A program made the translations under genes and the position numbers. The notes beneath the pieces are model-generated. The model did not search any database. It saw only the letters and a list, made by a program, of their open reading frames with translations, and was not told the origin of the DNA. 64,000 bases of DNA from Candidatus Dormiibacterota bacterium (lineage in GTDB: Bacteria > Chloroflexota > Dormibacteria > Dormibacterales > Dormibacteraceae): contig DATLQT010000108.1 of NCBI GenBank assembly GCA_035535055.1, positions 6,831-70,830 of the forward strand, given 5' to 3'. Shown piece after piece: positions 16,840 to 26,200 of the stretch. Numbering within the stretch: the first letter of the stretch is position 1; every line of letters begins with the position of its first letter.

Positions 16840-17304
16840 TCAGATCCGGGCGATGCTTCCCGAGCTGGCGCCCTTGCGGGACAGGGAGTCGATGGTCAGC
16901 GCCGCGAGCAGGACCAGGCCGGTGACGATGAACTGCCACTTGACGTCCAGGTCCTGCAGGTACATGCCGTTGTGGATGCCGCCGAGGACGAGGCCGGCGA
17001 GGACTCCGTGGATCGGTTTGCCCCGGCCGCCGAAGAGGCTGGTGCCGCCGATGACGGCGGCGGCGACCGCGTAGAGCACCAGTTGGCCGCCGTTGACGTT
17101 GTTGGACATTCCGCCGAAGTAGGAGGCGTAGAGGAGCCCGCCGATGCCGGCGGTGAAGGAGCAGAGGCCGAAGGCGATGGTCCGGACCCAGGCCACGTTG
17201 ATGCCGGCACGGCGGGCCGCCTCGGGATTGCCGCCGATGGCGTAGAGGTGGCGGCCGTACTTGGTCCGCCGGAGCAGCACCGTCCAGGCGAAGAGCACGG
17301 TCAT
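16840..17304 (-). pseudogene. C-terminal fragment of a sugar ABC transporter permease (RbsC/XylH-type)
   Basis: Only the last ~150 aa of the family pattern are present (LLRRTKYGRHLYAIGGNPEAARRAGINV...GGTSLFGGRGKPIHGVLAG...). Homology ends at ~17300, where it abuts the 5'-truncated ROK fragment. No ATPase or binding-protein genes are nearby. Confidence 0.65.
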
Positions 17305-17900
17305 CGGCGCCGGCATCGGCATCCCGGGGCCGGTCGACCGCGCGCGGGGCACCGTCGGCTCCGCCACCATCCTTCCCGGCTGGCTGGGGATCCGGATCGC
17401 CGAGGAGATGGAGAAGAGGCTCGGCCTCCCTGTTGAGATCGAGAACGACGCCAACTGCGGCGCACTGGCCGAGCTCACCTGGGGCGCCGGCCGCGGCTGC
17501 CAGAGCTTCGCTCACATCAAGGCCGGCAGCGGCATCGGCGCCGGCATCGTCGTCGACGGCCGGCTGCTGCGCGGAGCCTCCGGCACGGCCGGTGAGATCG
17601 GCCACACGACGCTCGAGGAGAGCGGGGCACTGTGCTCCTGCGGCAACCGGGGCTGCCTCGAGACCGTGGCCTCGGGACCGGCGATCGTGCGACTGGTCGG
17701 CCAGGCGACCCCGGAGGCCCTGACGCTGTCGCGGGTGATCACGCTGGCGACCCAGGGCGACGTCCGCTGCCGCCGGGCGGTGGCCGACGCCGGTCGGGAG
17801 GAGCGCGCCGAGCTACTCGGGGAGCTGGCGCTGGTGCTCCGCAGCGCTCGGTCGCTTCCCGAACCCCCTAGCCCTCTTCGGGTAGGCTGCGGCGGCGGCG
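17297..17900 (+). pseudogene. ROK family (glucokinase/regulator) fragment lacking the N-terminal ATP-binding region
   Basis: Contains VIGAGIGIPGPVD, ENDANCGALAE, AGEIGH and the Zn motif CSCGNRGCLET, but no DxGGT phosphate-1 region. The C-terminal part is degenerate and runs into the next gene. Confidence 0.6.
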
Positions 17901-17930
17901 ACAAGCTTCCGTCGCCGACTTTCACTGGCC

Positions 17931-19328
17931 ATGTCCCACGAGATCTCCGACAGCACCCGCCCCGACGCCGGCACCAGAGCCCGCGAACGCCGCCTCGGAG
18001 AAGGCTGGCGCGAATGGATTGTCTGCCTGCTACTTGGCGGGGTGGCTTTCTGGCTCACCGACTCCCGCCTCGCCCCCAACCTGGTGGCCGCGCCCCTCAC
18101 CGCGCTGGGGCTGGACCCCGAGCGGGCGCTCTTCTCCAGCGCCCTGGCGTCGGCGTTCATCGCGAGCGCCGCCGGCGCGGTCTTCACCCGGAGCGTTCTC
18201 TCCTGGCTGGCGGGCGCCGCCTGGTTCGCGGTTCTCTACCTGCTGCCGGTCGTTCTCCGTGGCCTTCCCCCGCCGGTCTCCGGCCAGCGGCTGGACGCCG
18301 CCGGTACGGTCACCGCGGGCCTCGCCCAGGTGGCGCTGGCGCTGGCCGTCGCCGGCCTCGGCGCGGCGGCCGGCAGGGGGCTGCGGGCGGCGACCCGGGC
18401 CGGCCTCGCCGACCTCCGGTCCGGTGACCGGCGGCGGGCGGTCAGGACCATCGTCGCCCTGGCACTGCTCGCGCTCGCCTGCTTCGGACTCTGGCAGGCG
18501 CCGGGGATGCTGCTCTACGGGCCCTGGCAGGCGGCCTACCAGGCCGAGCCCGGCCTGGCGACCCGCCAGGTGCTCCTCGCCTACCACAGCGAGATCTTCG
18601 GGATCGAGCAGCAGGCGGTCGTGATCCTGCCGCCGGGCTACGACCGATCTCCCGCGACCCGCTACCCCGTCCTCTACCTGCTCCACGGCTGGCCGGGCAG
18701 CGCCCGCGACTGGCCGAACCAGGGCGCGGGCGACATCGCCGCGGCCGCGGCCGCGGCCCACCAGGCGCCGGCGATGATCGTCGTCTCGCCCGACGGCAAC
18801 GGCCCGCGGGGAGGCGCGGGAGACTCCTGGGCCGACGACTACGTCCCCGGCGACCGGGCCGAGAGCAGCTTCCTGCAGGAACTGATACCCGCGGTGAGCT
18901 CCCACTTCCGGGTCCTGGGAGACCGCGATCACCAGGCGCTCGGCGGCCTCTCCTCAGGCGGCTATGGCGCGGTGAACATCGCGCTTCGCCACCCCGGCCT
19001 CTTCGTGCTCGCCATCGACCTGGCCGGGGACGTGGTGCCCCCAGCTAAGTCCTTCGGGGGGAACCAGCCCCTCCAGCAGGCGAACAGCCCGCTGCTCCTC
19101 GCGGCCCGACCGAGGCCGGCCGGAGCCGGCGCCTTCTTCATCGGTTGGGGCGCGCAGGACGGCTACGCCGCCCAAAACCAGCGGCTGGCCGAGCAGCTGC
19201 AGGCATCGGGCTACCCGGTGAGCACCGCGGTCGCCAGGGGAGGCCACCAGTGGTCGGCCTGGACGACGCTGCTCGCCGAGGGGCTCCGGCGGGAGGGCGA
19301 CCTGATCGGCCAGCCGGCCAGCGGCTGA
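17931..19328 (+). CDS. Membrane-anchored esterase family alpha/beta hydrolase
   Basis: 465 aa. The N-terminal ~200 aa carry several TM segments. The C-terminal esterase-D-like domain has YPVLYLLHGWPGS and the nucleophile elbow GLSSGGYGA. Confidence 0.7.
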   Translation: MSHEISDSTRPDAGTRARERRLGEGWREWIVCLLLGGVAFWLTDSRLAPNLVAAPLTALGLDPERALFSSALASAFIASAAGAVFTRSVLSWLAGAAWFAVLYLLPVVLRGLPPPVSGQRLDAAGTVTAGLAQVALALAVAGLGAAAGRGLRAATRAGLADLRSGDRRRAVRTIVALALLALACFGLWQAPGMLLYGPWQAAYQAEPGLATRQVLLAYHSEIFGIEQQAVVILPPGYDRSPATRYPVLYLLHGWPGSARDWPNQGAGDIAAAAAAAHQAPAMIVVSPDGNGPRGGAGDSWADDYVPGDRAESSFLQELIPAVSSHFRVLGDRDHQALGGLSSGGYGAVNIALRHPGLFVLAIDLAGDVVPPAKSFGGNQPLQQANSPLLLAARPRPAGAGAFFIGWGAQDGYAAQNQRLAEQLQASGYPVSTAVARGGHQWSAWTTLLAEGLRREGDLIGQPASG

Positions 19329-19380
19329 ACCGGCCGGCGCCACTCGCCGCCCCCGGCGGATGTGGCGGACGCCCTCTTGA

Positions 19381-19551
19381 TCACTGGAGCGCGGCCGCCG
19401 GCCAGGCGGTGCGCTCAACTGAGGCCGGGCCACGGTCGCGGCCCGGCTCGTGGGCGCAGCCGCTGCTGCAGAAGAGCCAGCCGGCGGGCAGGTTCGGACC
19501 GTCGACGATCTCCCCAAGACAGGCCGCGCAGAACACGATCACTGCGGCCAA
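19381..19551 (-). CDS. Possible small TRASH/zinc-ribbon-like protein (56 aa, below the ORF-track cutoff)
   Basis: Minus-strand ORF (TTG 19551, or GTG 19542/19536) encoding ...VIVFCAACLGEIVDGPNLPAGWLFCSSGCAHE..., i.e. C-x2-C-x16-C-x3-C with the FCS-x2-C signature. No convincing RBS. Confidence 0.3.
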   Translation of the reverse strand: MAAVIVFCAACLGEIVDGPNLPAGWLFCSSGCAHEPGRDRGPASVERTAWPAAALQ

Positions 19552-19693
19552 TGGTGGCTCTACGCCCGGCTCGAATCATCGTCTGCCCCGACCGAATTGA
19601 CGGCCTCCTGAACGGCTGCTGATGACGGGAAGACGAAAGAGCCGGCGGTCACGCTGACGGCCGGCTCCGAGCGGGTTTCCTGCCTGGTTGTTC

Positions 19694-21112
19694 CTACTGG
19701 GTCGAGGCGTGCGTCGCAGCGGCCGCGGCAACCTCGGTCGAAAGCACCCCCGGGGGCACCGGCATCAGCTCATAGGCGGCGTCGCCGTGGATCGCTTCGT
19801 CACCGATCTCGAGCTGGGCCGGGGTCATGCGGAGCGGCACCAGGAGGCTGATCAGCTTCAGGAGGACGAAGGTCACCAGGCCATCGAAGACGAGGATGAA
19901 GAGCAGCGCGATCACCTGGGCGACGAACTGCTGCCAGTTGCCGAAGAAGAGGCCTGTGATCGCGGCCGAGGCCGTCTTGCCGGTGCCGGGGTAGACGATC
20001 ACGTTGGGGTCGGCCAGCAGGCCGACCATCAGCCCGCCGACCGCTCCCGCGATGAGGTGGGTGTGGAGGACGCCGAGGGTGTCGTCGATCCGGTTGAAGG
20101 GCGGGATCTTGACCAGGTAGTTGAAGGAGAAGAAGGGAACGATTCCGGCCGCGACGCCGATCGCCAGAGCGCCGTAGCCGTCCACGTAACCGGCCGCCGG
20201 GGTGATCGCGACCAGGCCGGCGACCATCCCGTTGATCATGCCTCCGGCCGAGGGCTTGCCGACCACGAAGACGTCCAGGAACATCCAGACGATCATCGCC
20301 GTGCCCGCGGCCAGGTTGGTGTTCATGATCGCGGCCGACGCGTCGGCGCCGGCGAAGTACGGGTCACCACCGTTGAAGCCGTTCCAGCCCAGCCAGAGCA
20401 GGCCGGCGCCGGTGACCGCGGCGATCACGTTGCTGGGCCGGTTGTCGGTGCGGTCGGCGAGCAGCCGCGGGCCGATGACCCAGGCCGCCACGATCCCCGA
20501 GATGCCAGCGCCGACGTGGATGACGTAGCCGCCCGAGTAGTCGACCGCGCCCGCGCCCGCGATGCCGCTGAGCCAGCTCGGCATGACGCCGAGCCAGCCG
20601 CCGCCCCAGAGGCTGAAGGCGTTGACCGAGTAGACGACGGTTATCCAGACCGGGACGAAGATCATCCAGGCCCGGAAGCTGAACCGGCCCAGCACCGCGC
20701 CCGCGAGCAGGATCACCGTGATCGCCGCGAAGACGAACTGGAAGTAAGCGAGGGTTGAGAGCGGGAACTGAAGGTTGGGAATCGCTCCCTTGAGGAGCGG
20801 GATCACCGCCTGGCCCTCGAGGTCGTTGGGCGAAAGGATGGTGCCCGGGATGCCGATGAAGTGGAGCACGTCGGTGGCCGGGGACCCGAAGCTCATCTTG
20901 TAGCCCCAAAGGGTCCACACCACCAGCGTGGCTCCGAAGGCGTAGAGAACCATCAGCGCGGAGTTGAGCGCCCACTTGCGCTTCATCAGGCCCGCGTAGA
21001 GGATCGCTAGCCCGGGCACGCTCATCAGGCCGACGAGCGTGGCGGCGGTCAGCTGCCATGCGGTGTGGCCCGAGTTGAGCCAATCCGGCGCCGGAACGAG
21101 GTCAAGGAACAT
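19694..21112 (-). CDS. amt: Ammonium transporter
   Basis: 472 aa from MFLDLVPAPDWLNSGHTAWQL (ATG 21112). Canonical Amt pattern (AILYAGLMKRKWALNS, 11 TM segments, GGYVIHVGAGISG). The track N-terminal extension was rejected. Confidence 0.9.
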   Translation of the reverse strand: MFLDLVPAPDWLNSGHTAWQLTAATLVGLMSVPGLAILYAGLMKRKWALNSALMVLYAFGATLVVWTLWGYKMSFGSPATDVLHFIGIPGTILSPNDLEGQAVIPLLKGAIPNLQFPLSTLAYFQFVFAAITVILLAGAVLGRFSFRAWMIFVPVWITVVYSVNAFSLWGGGWLGVMPSWLSGIAGAGAVDYSGGYVIHVGAGISGIVAAWVIGPRLLADRTDNRPSNVIAAVTGAGLLWLGWNGFNGGDPYFAGADASAAIMNTNLAAGTAMIVWMFLDVFVVGKPSAGGMINGMVAGLVAITPAAGYVDGYGALAIGVAAGIVPFFSFNYLVKIPPFNRIDDTLGVLHTHLIAGAVGGLMVGLLADPNVIVYPGTGKTASAAITGLFFGNWQQFVAQVIALLFILVFDGLVTFVLLKLISLLVPLRMTPAQLEIGDEAIHGDAAYELMPVPPGVLSTEVAAAAATHASTQ

Positions 21113-21240
21113 CGATGCGTAAACCCCCCGAAATGAATTGCCTTCTCGTATCACCCACACAAAGGGCGCCGAGGTAAGAACTCGAGGAAAGGTAGTCAGC
21201 GCGGCCGGACCGCAGCCACGGTCGGATGCCACGAATCGGA

Positions 21241-21290
21241 TGGAGCCTCCCTGTGTCGCCAGCACAGGGCGGATTCCCGGTTTGGCTCCA
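21241..21290 (-). other. Nested stem-loop in the ~250-nt amt leader or upstream region
   Basis: TGGAGCC...GGCTCCA (21241-47 / 21284-90) encloses CCCTGTG-tcgccag-CACAGGG (21249-55 / 21263-69). Both stems are perfect. Confidence 0.3.
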
Positions 21291-21572
21291 TCACATGAAA
21301 AGGATGGGGGGCAATTGGTGTGGAGCGACCGTGTGACTCTCCGCGGCAGGGGATCATGCTCGCGGCATGACAGCTATTTACGCGCTCAGCATGGTCGTGT
21401 ACTTCGTCGCCCTCGCCTTCCTCGTCCGCAAGGCCCCCGGCTAAAAGCCCCTCCGCCGTCTAGTTTCGTTCTTCCGCTCGCGGCCAGGCGCGACGGCGCC
21501 TGGGCCAGTGACTGCGACACCTCTTGGAAGACGTAGTTCGCGATTTCGGGTTTCCGGCGCTTTTGCCGGGAA

Positions 21573-22355
21573 ATGCCTCAGCCTCAGAATGAAGTTCTGA
21601 TGTACGAAGGCATCCTGGCTGAGACAGTGACCCTAACGGGCCATGGCGGCGACCCTGTGCTGGCCTACCTAGCGCGCCCGCTCGGCGCGGGCCCCTTTCC
21701 GGGGGTTTTGGTCATCCATCACATGCCGGGCTGGGACACCGCGTCGAAGGAGATAACCCGACGGTTCGCCACCCTCGGCTATGCGGCGGTCTGCCCGCAC
21801 CTCCACTACCGCGAGGGTCCGGGCGCCAGTCCCGACGACGCGGCGGCCGCCGCCCGGGCAAGGGGCGGCGTCCCCGACGAGCGCTTCCTGGGTGACGCGG
21901 CCGGCGCCATCTCCTTCCTACTTGCGCAGCCATGGTCGAATGGGAGGATCGGTTCGATCGGCTACTGCTCGGGCGGCCGCCAGTCCTTCCTGGCAGCATG
22001 CGAGTTGGAGGTCGACGCGGCCGTCGACTGCTATGGCGCCTTCATCATCGAGCCGGTTCCGGAGGGTCTCCCTCTCACCGCGAAGCCGGTAATCGACCGG
22101 GCGTCGGGCCTCCGCTGCCCGCTCCTGGGCCTTTTCGGCGCTGAGGACAGCCATCCCTCGCCAGCCGAGGTGAAGCAAATAGAGGAGGTCTTGAAGCAGC
22201 ACGGCAAGACATACGAGTTCCACACCTACGTGGGAGCCGGGCACGGCTTCTTCGCGGTGGACCGGCCGGCCTATCGGGTCGAGGCCGCCAACCAGGGCTG
22301 GCAGCGGATCGAGGAGTGGTTCGGCCGCCACCTGGTGGCCAGCGCGGAAGAGTAA
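21573..22355 (+). CDS. Dienelactone hydrolase family protein
   Basis: 260 aa with VLVIHHMPGWD, the Cys nucleophile in IGYCSGG and a C-terminal GAGHGF. Confidence 0.9.
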   Translation: MPQPQNEVLMYEGILAETVTLTGHGGDPVLAYLARPLGAGPFPGVLVIHHMPGWDTASKEITRRFATLGYAAVCPHLHYREGPGASPDDAAAAARARGGVPDERFLGDAAGAISFLLAQPWSNGRIGSIGYCSGGRQSFLAACELEVDAAVDCYGAFIIEPVPEGLPLTAKPVIDRASGLRCPLLGLFGAEDSHPSPAEVKQIEEVLKQHGKTYEFHTYVGAGHGFFAVDRPAYRVEAANQGWQRIEEWFGRHLVASAEE

Positions 22356-22371
22356 GGAGATTTCGAAGAAG

Positions 22372-22626
22372 GTGTGTTCCTACGTCACGCTGAAGACCGA
22401 GGTCGCCGGCAGCGGGAAGGGCGCCCGGGGCTGGTTCTCACTGAGCCACGCGTGCGTCTACTACGACCATCCCTTTCACACTCCGCTCGAGCACACCCTG
22501 AACGTCGACTTCATCGACGAGGCGGCCGGCGCCGACGCGCGGGTGGCGGTCGAGCTCAGCGCGGATTCGGCTCGCCGGCTGGCGGACGCGATCCTGGCGG
22601 CGCTGCGCGCCGGTGATCCCGCCTAG
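22372..22626 (+). CDS. Small conserved hypothetical protein (resembles an actinobacterial DUF, possibly DUF6295)
   Basis: 84 aa with a GTG start and AAGGAGA upstream. MCSYVTLKTEVAGSGKG..W..L.HA.VYYDHP.H.P.EHTLN.DF. The family name is from memory only. Confidence 0.55.
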   Translation: MCSYVTLKTEVAGSGKGARGWFSLSHACVYYDHPFHTPLEHTLNVDFIDEAAGADARVAVELSADSARRLADAILAALRAGDPA

Positions 22627-23234
22627 ACGCCCACCGGCTCGCGGACCAGGATCACCGTGACGCGGCCTTCGATCCACTCGCGCCGGATGATCAGGATCTT
22701 GCCGATGAAGGTGCCGATGTTCATTCGCTCTTTGACCATCGCGTCCTCGTAAGGGAAGACGACTCGCTCGATCCGCTCCAGCGCGGCGGCGAGGTCGGGG
22801 ACGATCTTCTGGCTGCCGACGACGAGGATCAACCTCCCGGCGCCGCCCGCATAGGGCCCGATCTGGCTCGCCGACGCGGAGGCGACGACGAGGTCGCCCG
22901 ATTCGGTGATCGCCTGGACGCTGCCCAGCATGTAGTCCGGGGCCGCGGACAGCTTGCGGATCTCCCGGCCCTGGGTCTGGCGGTCCATCGCCAGGTAGCG
23001 AGCCCGCACCGAGTCGTACCGCCCCGACTCGAACAGGTCGGCCCAGGCTCCGATGTCCTGCAGCGTCTTCGACTTGCCCGAATGGACCTCGGCGCCCTCC
23101 GGGACCAGCTCCAGGACCAATGCCCTCGCGTCGGCCCCGGTGTCCACGATCCGCACCGCCAGGTGACCCGCGCGGATCGAGCCGGCCACCTTCTCGATGG
23201 TCGCGTCGTCGGCCCGCCGGGTGAAGTCGGTCAT
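22623..23234 (-). CDS. LUD (LutC/YkgG-like, DUF162) domain protein
   Basis: 203 aa. Its ATG overlaps the RND stop codon (ATGA at 23231-23234). LUD-like pattern (HSGKSKTLQDIG...SVQAITESGDLV...RLILVVGSQKIVPDL). Confidence 0.7.
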   Translation of the reverse strand: MTDFTRRADDATIEKVAGSIRAGHLAVRIVDTGADARALVLELVPEGAEVHSGKSKTLQDIGAWADLFESGRYDSVRARYLAMDRQTQGREIRKLSAAPDYMLGSVQAITESGDLVVASASASQIGPYAGGAGRLILVVGSQKIVPDLAAALERIERVVFPYEDAMVKERMNIGTFIGKILIIRREWIEGRVTVILVREPVGV

Positions 23235-26200
23235 GAGGTCGCCGGCCTGCCGTTGGTGTGCCCGCCGCCGACCTCGTCCGCCACCGGCTCATGGGTCGAG
23301 AGGCGATACCCGGTCGCCGGAACCAGCCGCTGAACCTCGAGCAGCGCGCGCTGGGCGGCCTCCTGCTGTGACGCGCCGGGAACCTCGAGGACCCGGATCG
23401 ACACCTTCGCGCTGCCGGGCACGGGCTCCACCTCGAGCCCGTTCTCGGTCAGGGCCTCGAGGACTTTGCGGTCGCCTGGCACCCCTGGCTCGGGTTCCAG
23501 GAGAAGGCGGACCTCGAATGCGGTGGGCGCCGGATCCCGCAGCCCGAGCTGCTTGAAGCGCCGATCCTCGGCCTGGTCGAGCAGCTCGTCGAGATCGCGA
23601 GTCGAACGGCGACCGGTGAAGCGCGAGGTGAGCGAGTAGAGGACGGGGACCACGACCAGGGTCAGGAAGGTGCTGGTGAAGAGCCCCCCGATGACGACGA
23701 TCGCCAGCGGCCGGCTGATGAAGGCGCCGCCGACGCCGCCGCCGCCGCCGGTGACGGCCAGCGGGGCCAGCGCCAGCATCGTCGCGAAGGCGGTCATCAG
23801 GATCGGACGGAGGCGGTGCCGGCCGCCCTCGATCAGCGCGTCGTCGAGGCTCAGGCCCCGGTCGCGGTACTGCTCGACCAGGTCCAGAAGGACGATCGCG
23901 TTGGTGACGACGATCCCCGTCAGCATCAGGATTCCGATCAGTCCCGGGAGCGAGAGCGAGGTGTTGGTCACGACCAGCGCGACGATGGCGCCGGTCGCCG
24001 CGAAGGGGATCGAGACCAGCAGGACCAGGGGCTTTAGCAGCGAGCGGAAGGTCGCGACCATGATCAGGTAGACGAGACCGATCGCGGCCAGGAGCGCCAG
24101 CGCGAACTGCTGCAGCACGGTCGAGAGCTGGGCGAAGACGCCGCCGGTCGAGGTGGAGGTGCCAGCGGGCAGCGACACCTTCTTCAGCGCCGTCGCGACG
24201 GCGGCCTGAACGGCGTTGGTGTTGTTGCCGGTGATCACCCCGGTGATGGTCGCGTCGCGGTCGCCGTTGAGCCGGACCACCGACTGCGGGCCGGTGACGA
24301 GCTGGATCGTCGCCAGCGCCGACAGTGGCTGGATGCCCGCGGCGGTCGGCACCGGGACCCCGGCCAGCAAGGCGGCGGTGTCCGCGGTGCCCAGCGGCAA
24401 CTCGACGCGGACGCTCATCGACCCCTGGGGAAGGTTGGCCTGGGTGGCCACGATCCCGTTCACGTCCTGGGCGACCAGCAGAACGAGCTGCTGCACGCTC
24501 AGGCCGGAGGCGTCCAGCTGTGGGGTGGGGACCAGCTGGTACTGCGGCTTGGAGGCGACCAGGTTCGACTTCAGGGTGGAGATGCCGGCGACCTTGGCCA
24601 GTGCGGCGAGCACGGCGTCATTGGCGGCCTGGAGGGTGCTGGGATCGCTGGCCCGGACGTCCACCTGCATCTGGCTGCTGCTCACGTTGGAGCTGTTCTG
24701 CGCTTGTCCGACCTCGACCCTGGCCGGGCCGCCGTAGCCCTTCAGCGCACGCTTCACGCCGGCCAGAGCGGTGTCGTACTGGCCGTTTTGGACCAGGATC
24801 AGGACCGTCGCCTGGGCCGGGTTGGCGGGCACCGTCCCCGGCGGGGCGAAGGGGTCGGCGAGACTGCCGACCGTAGCCTGGTAGGCGGTGATCCCGGCGA
24901 CTCCCCTGATCAGCGACTCCACCTGCCGGGTCTCGGCGTCGGTCTGGGCAAGCGTCGAGTTGTCGGGCATCGTGATCGCGATCGGGAAGTCGGGGCTCGA
25001 GGACTGGTCGAGCAGGTTCACGCGGAGCAGCGGGATCAGCGCCATCGAGCCCGCGAAGATCGCGCCGGTCGCGACCAGTGCGAGCAGGCGGTGACCGGTC
25101 GCCCAGCGGATCACCGGCACATACACGCGCTGCATCCAGTTGTAGGTGAGGCGGCGCTCGCCCCCCTCGGCCGGCACCCCCGGCAGGAGCCGCGCAGCGA
25201 GCAGTGGGACCACCGTCACCGCCACCACCAGCGATGCCAGCAGCGCGACCACCACGGTCAGCGCGAAGGGTCGGAAGAAGCTGCCGGCGATGCCGGACAA
25301 GAAAGCGATGGGCAGGAAGACGGCGACCGTGGTGAGGGTCGAGGAGGCGACCGCGGTGGTGATCTCACGGGCGCCCGTATAGGCCGCCACCAGGGGGCGC
25401 TCACCCTCGCTGACGTGCCGGCTGATGTTCTCCAGGACCACGATCGAGTCGTCCACCACCCGGCCGATGGCGACCATCATCCCGCCGAGGGTGAGGATGT
25501 TGAGCGTGATCCCCTGCCACCAGAGCACGATCAGCGCGACCAGCAGCGAGAGCGGGATGGACACCGCGGCCACCACCGTCGCGCGGGCGCTCCGGAGGAA
25601 GACGAAGATCACCAAGATCGCGAAGAGAGCGCCCAACAGGCCCTCTTGGAGGATGTCGGCGATGGCCTGGGTGATCGGCGTCGCCTGGTCGGAGATCGAT
25701 TCGAAGTGCACCGAGTGACCGACCGCAGCTTCGACACTCGGCAGCGCATTCTTCACCTCGCCGGCGACGGTGACCGTGTTCGCGTTGGGTCCTTTAAGGA
25801 CCTGGAGCCCGACGCTGGGACTGCCGTTGGTGCGGGTGATGGTGTCGGCCGGAATGGAGACGACCGCGACGGTGCCGAGCTGACCGATCGTCGCCGGCGC
25901 GAGGCGGCCCGCGGCGGGGGCGGCGGACGGCAGAGAGGCGGCCGGCGCGACCGTCAGGTTCGCTATCTGGTCGATGCTCGTGAGCGAGCCGGAAACCTGC
26001 AGCGGAATCGTCGAGGATCCCTGCTGGAGCGAGCCGACCGACTGCACCACCGTTGCCTGCTGGAGGGCCGCCGCGACCTGCGCCTCGCCAACCCCGTGGG
26101 CCGCGAGCTTGGCCGGGTCGAGGGTCACGTCCACCTCGTTGGTGGGACCGCCGGTGATGACCACCGACGACACGCCGGCCAGGCCCTTCAGCTTCGGCAA

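Noticed and set aside
21113-21366. A glutamine riboswitch, guanidine riboswitch or GlnR box in the amt leader.
   Set aside because: I could not find the conserved cores of these motifs by eye. Only generic GC stems are present. The region is kept as an unclassified structure in the findings.
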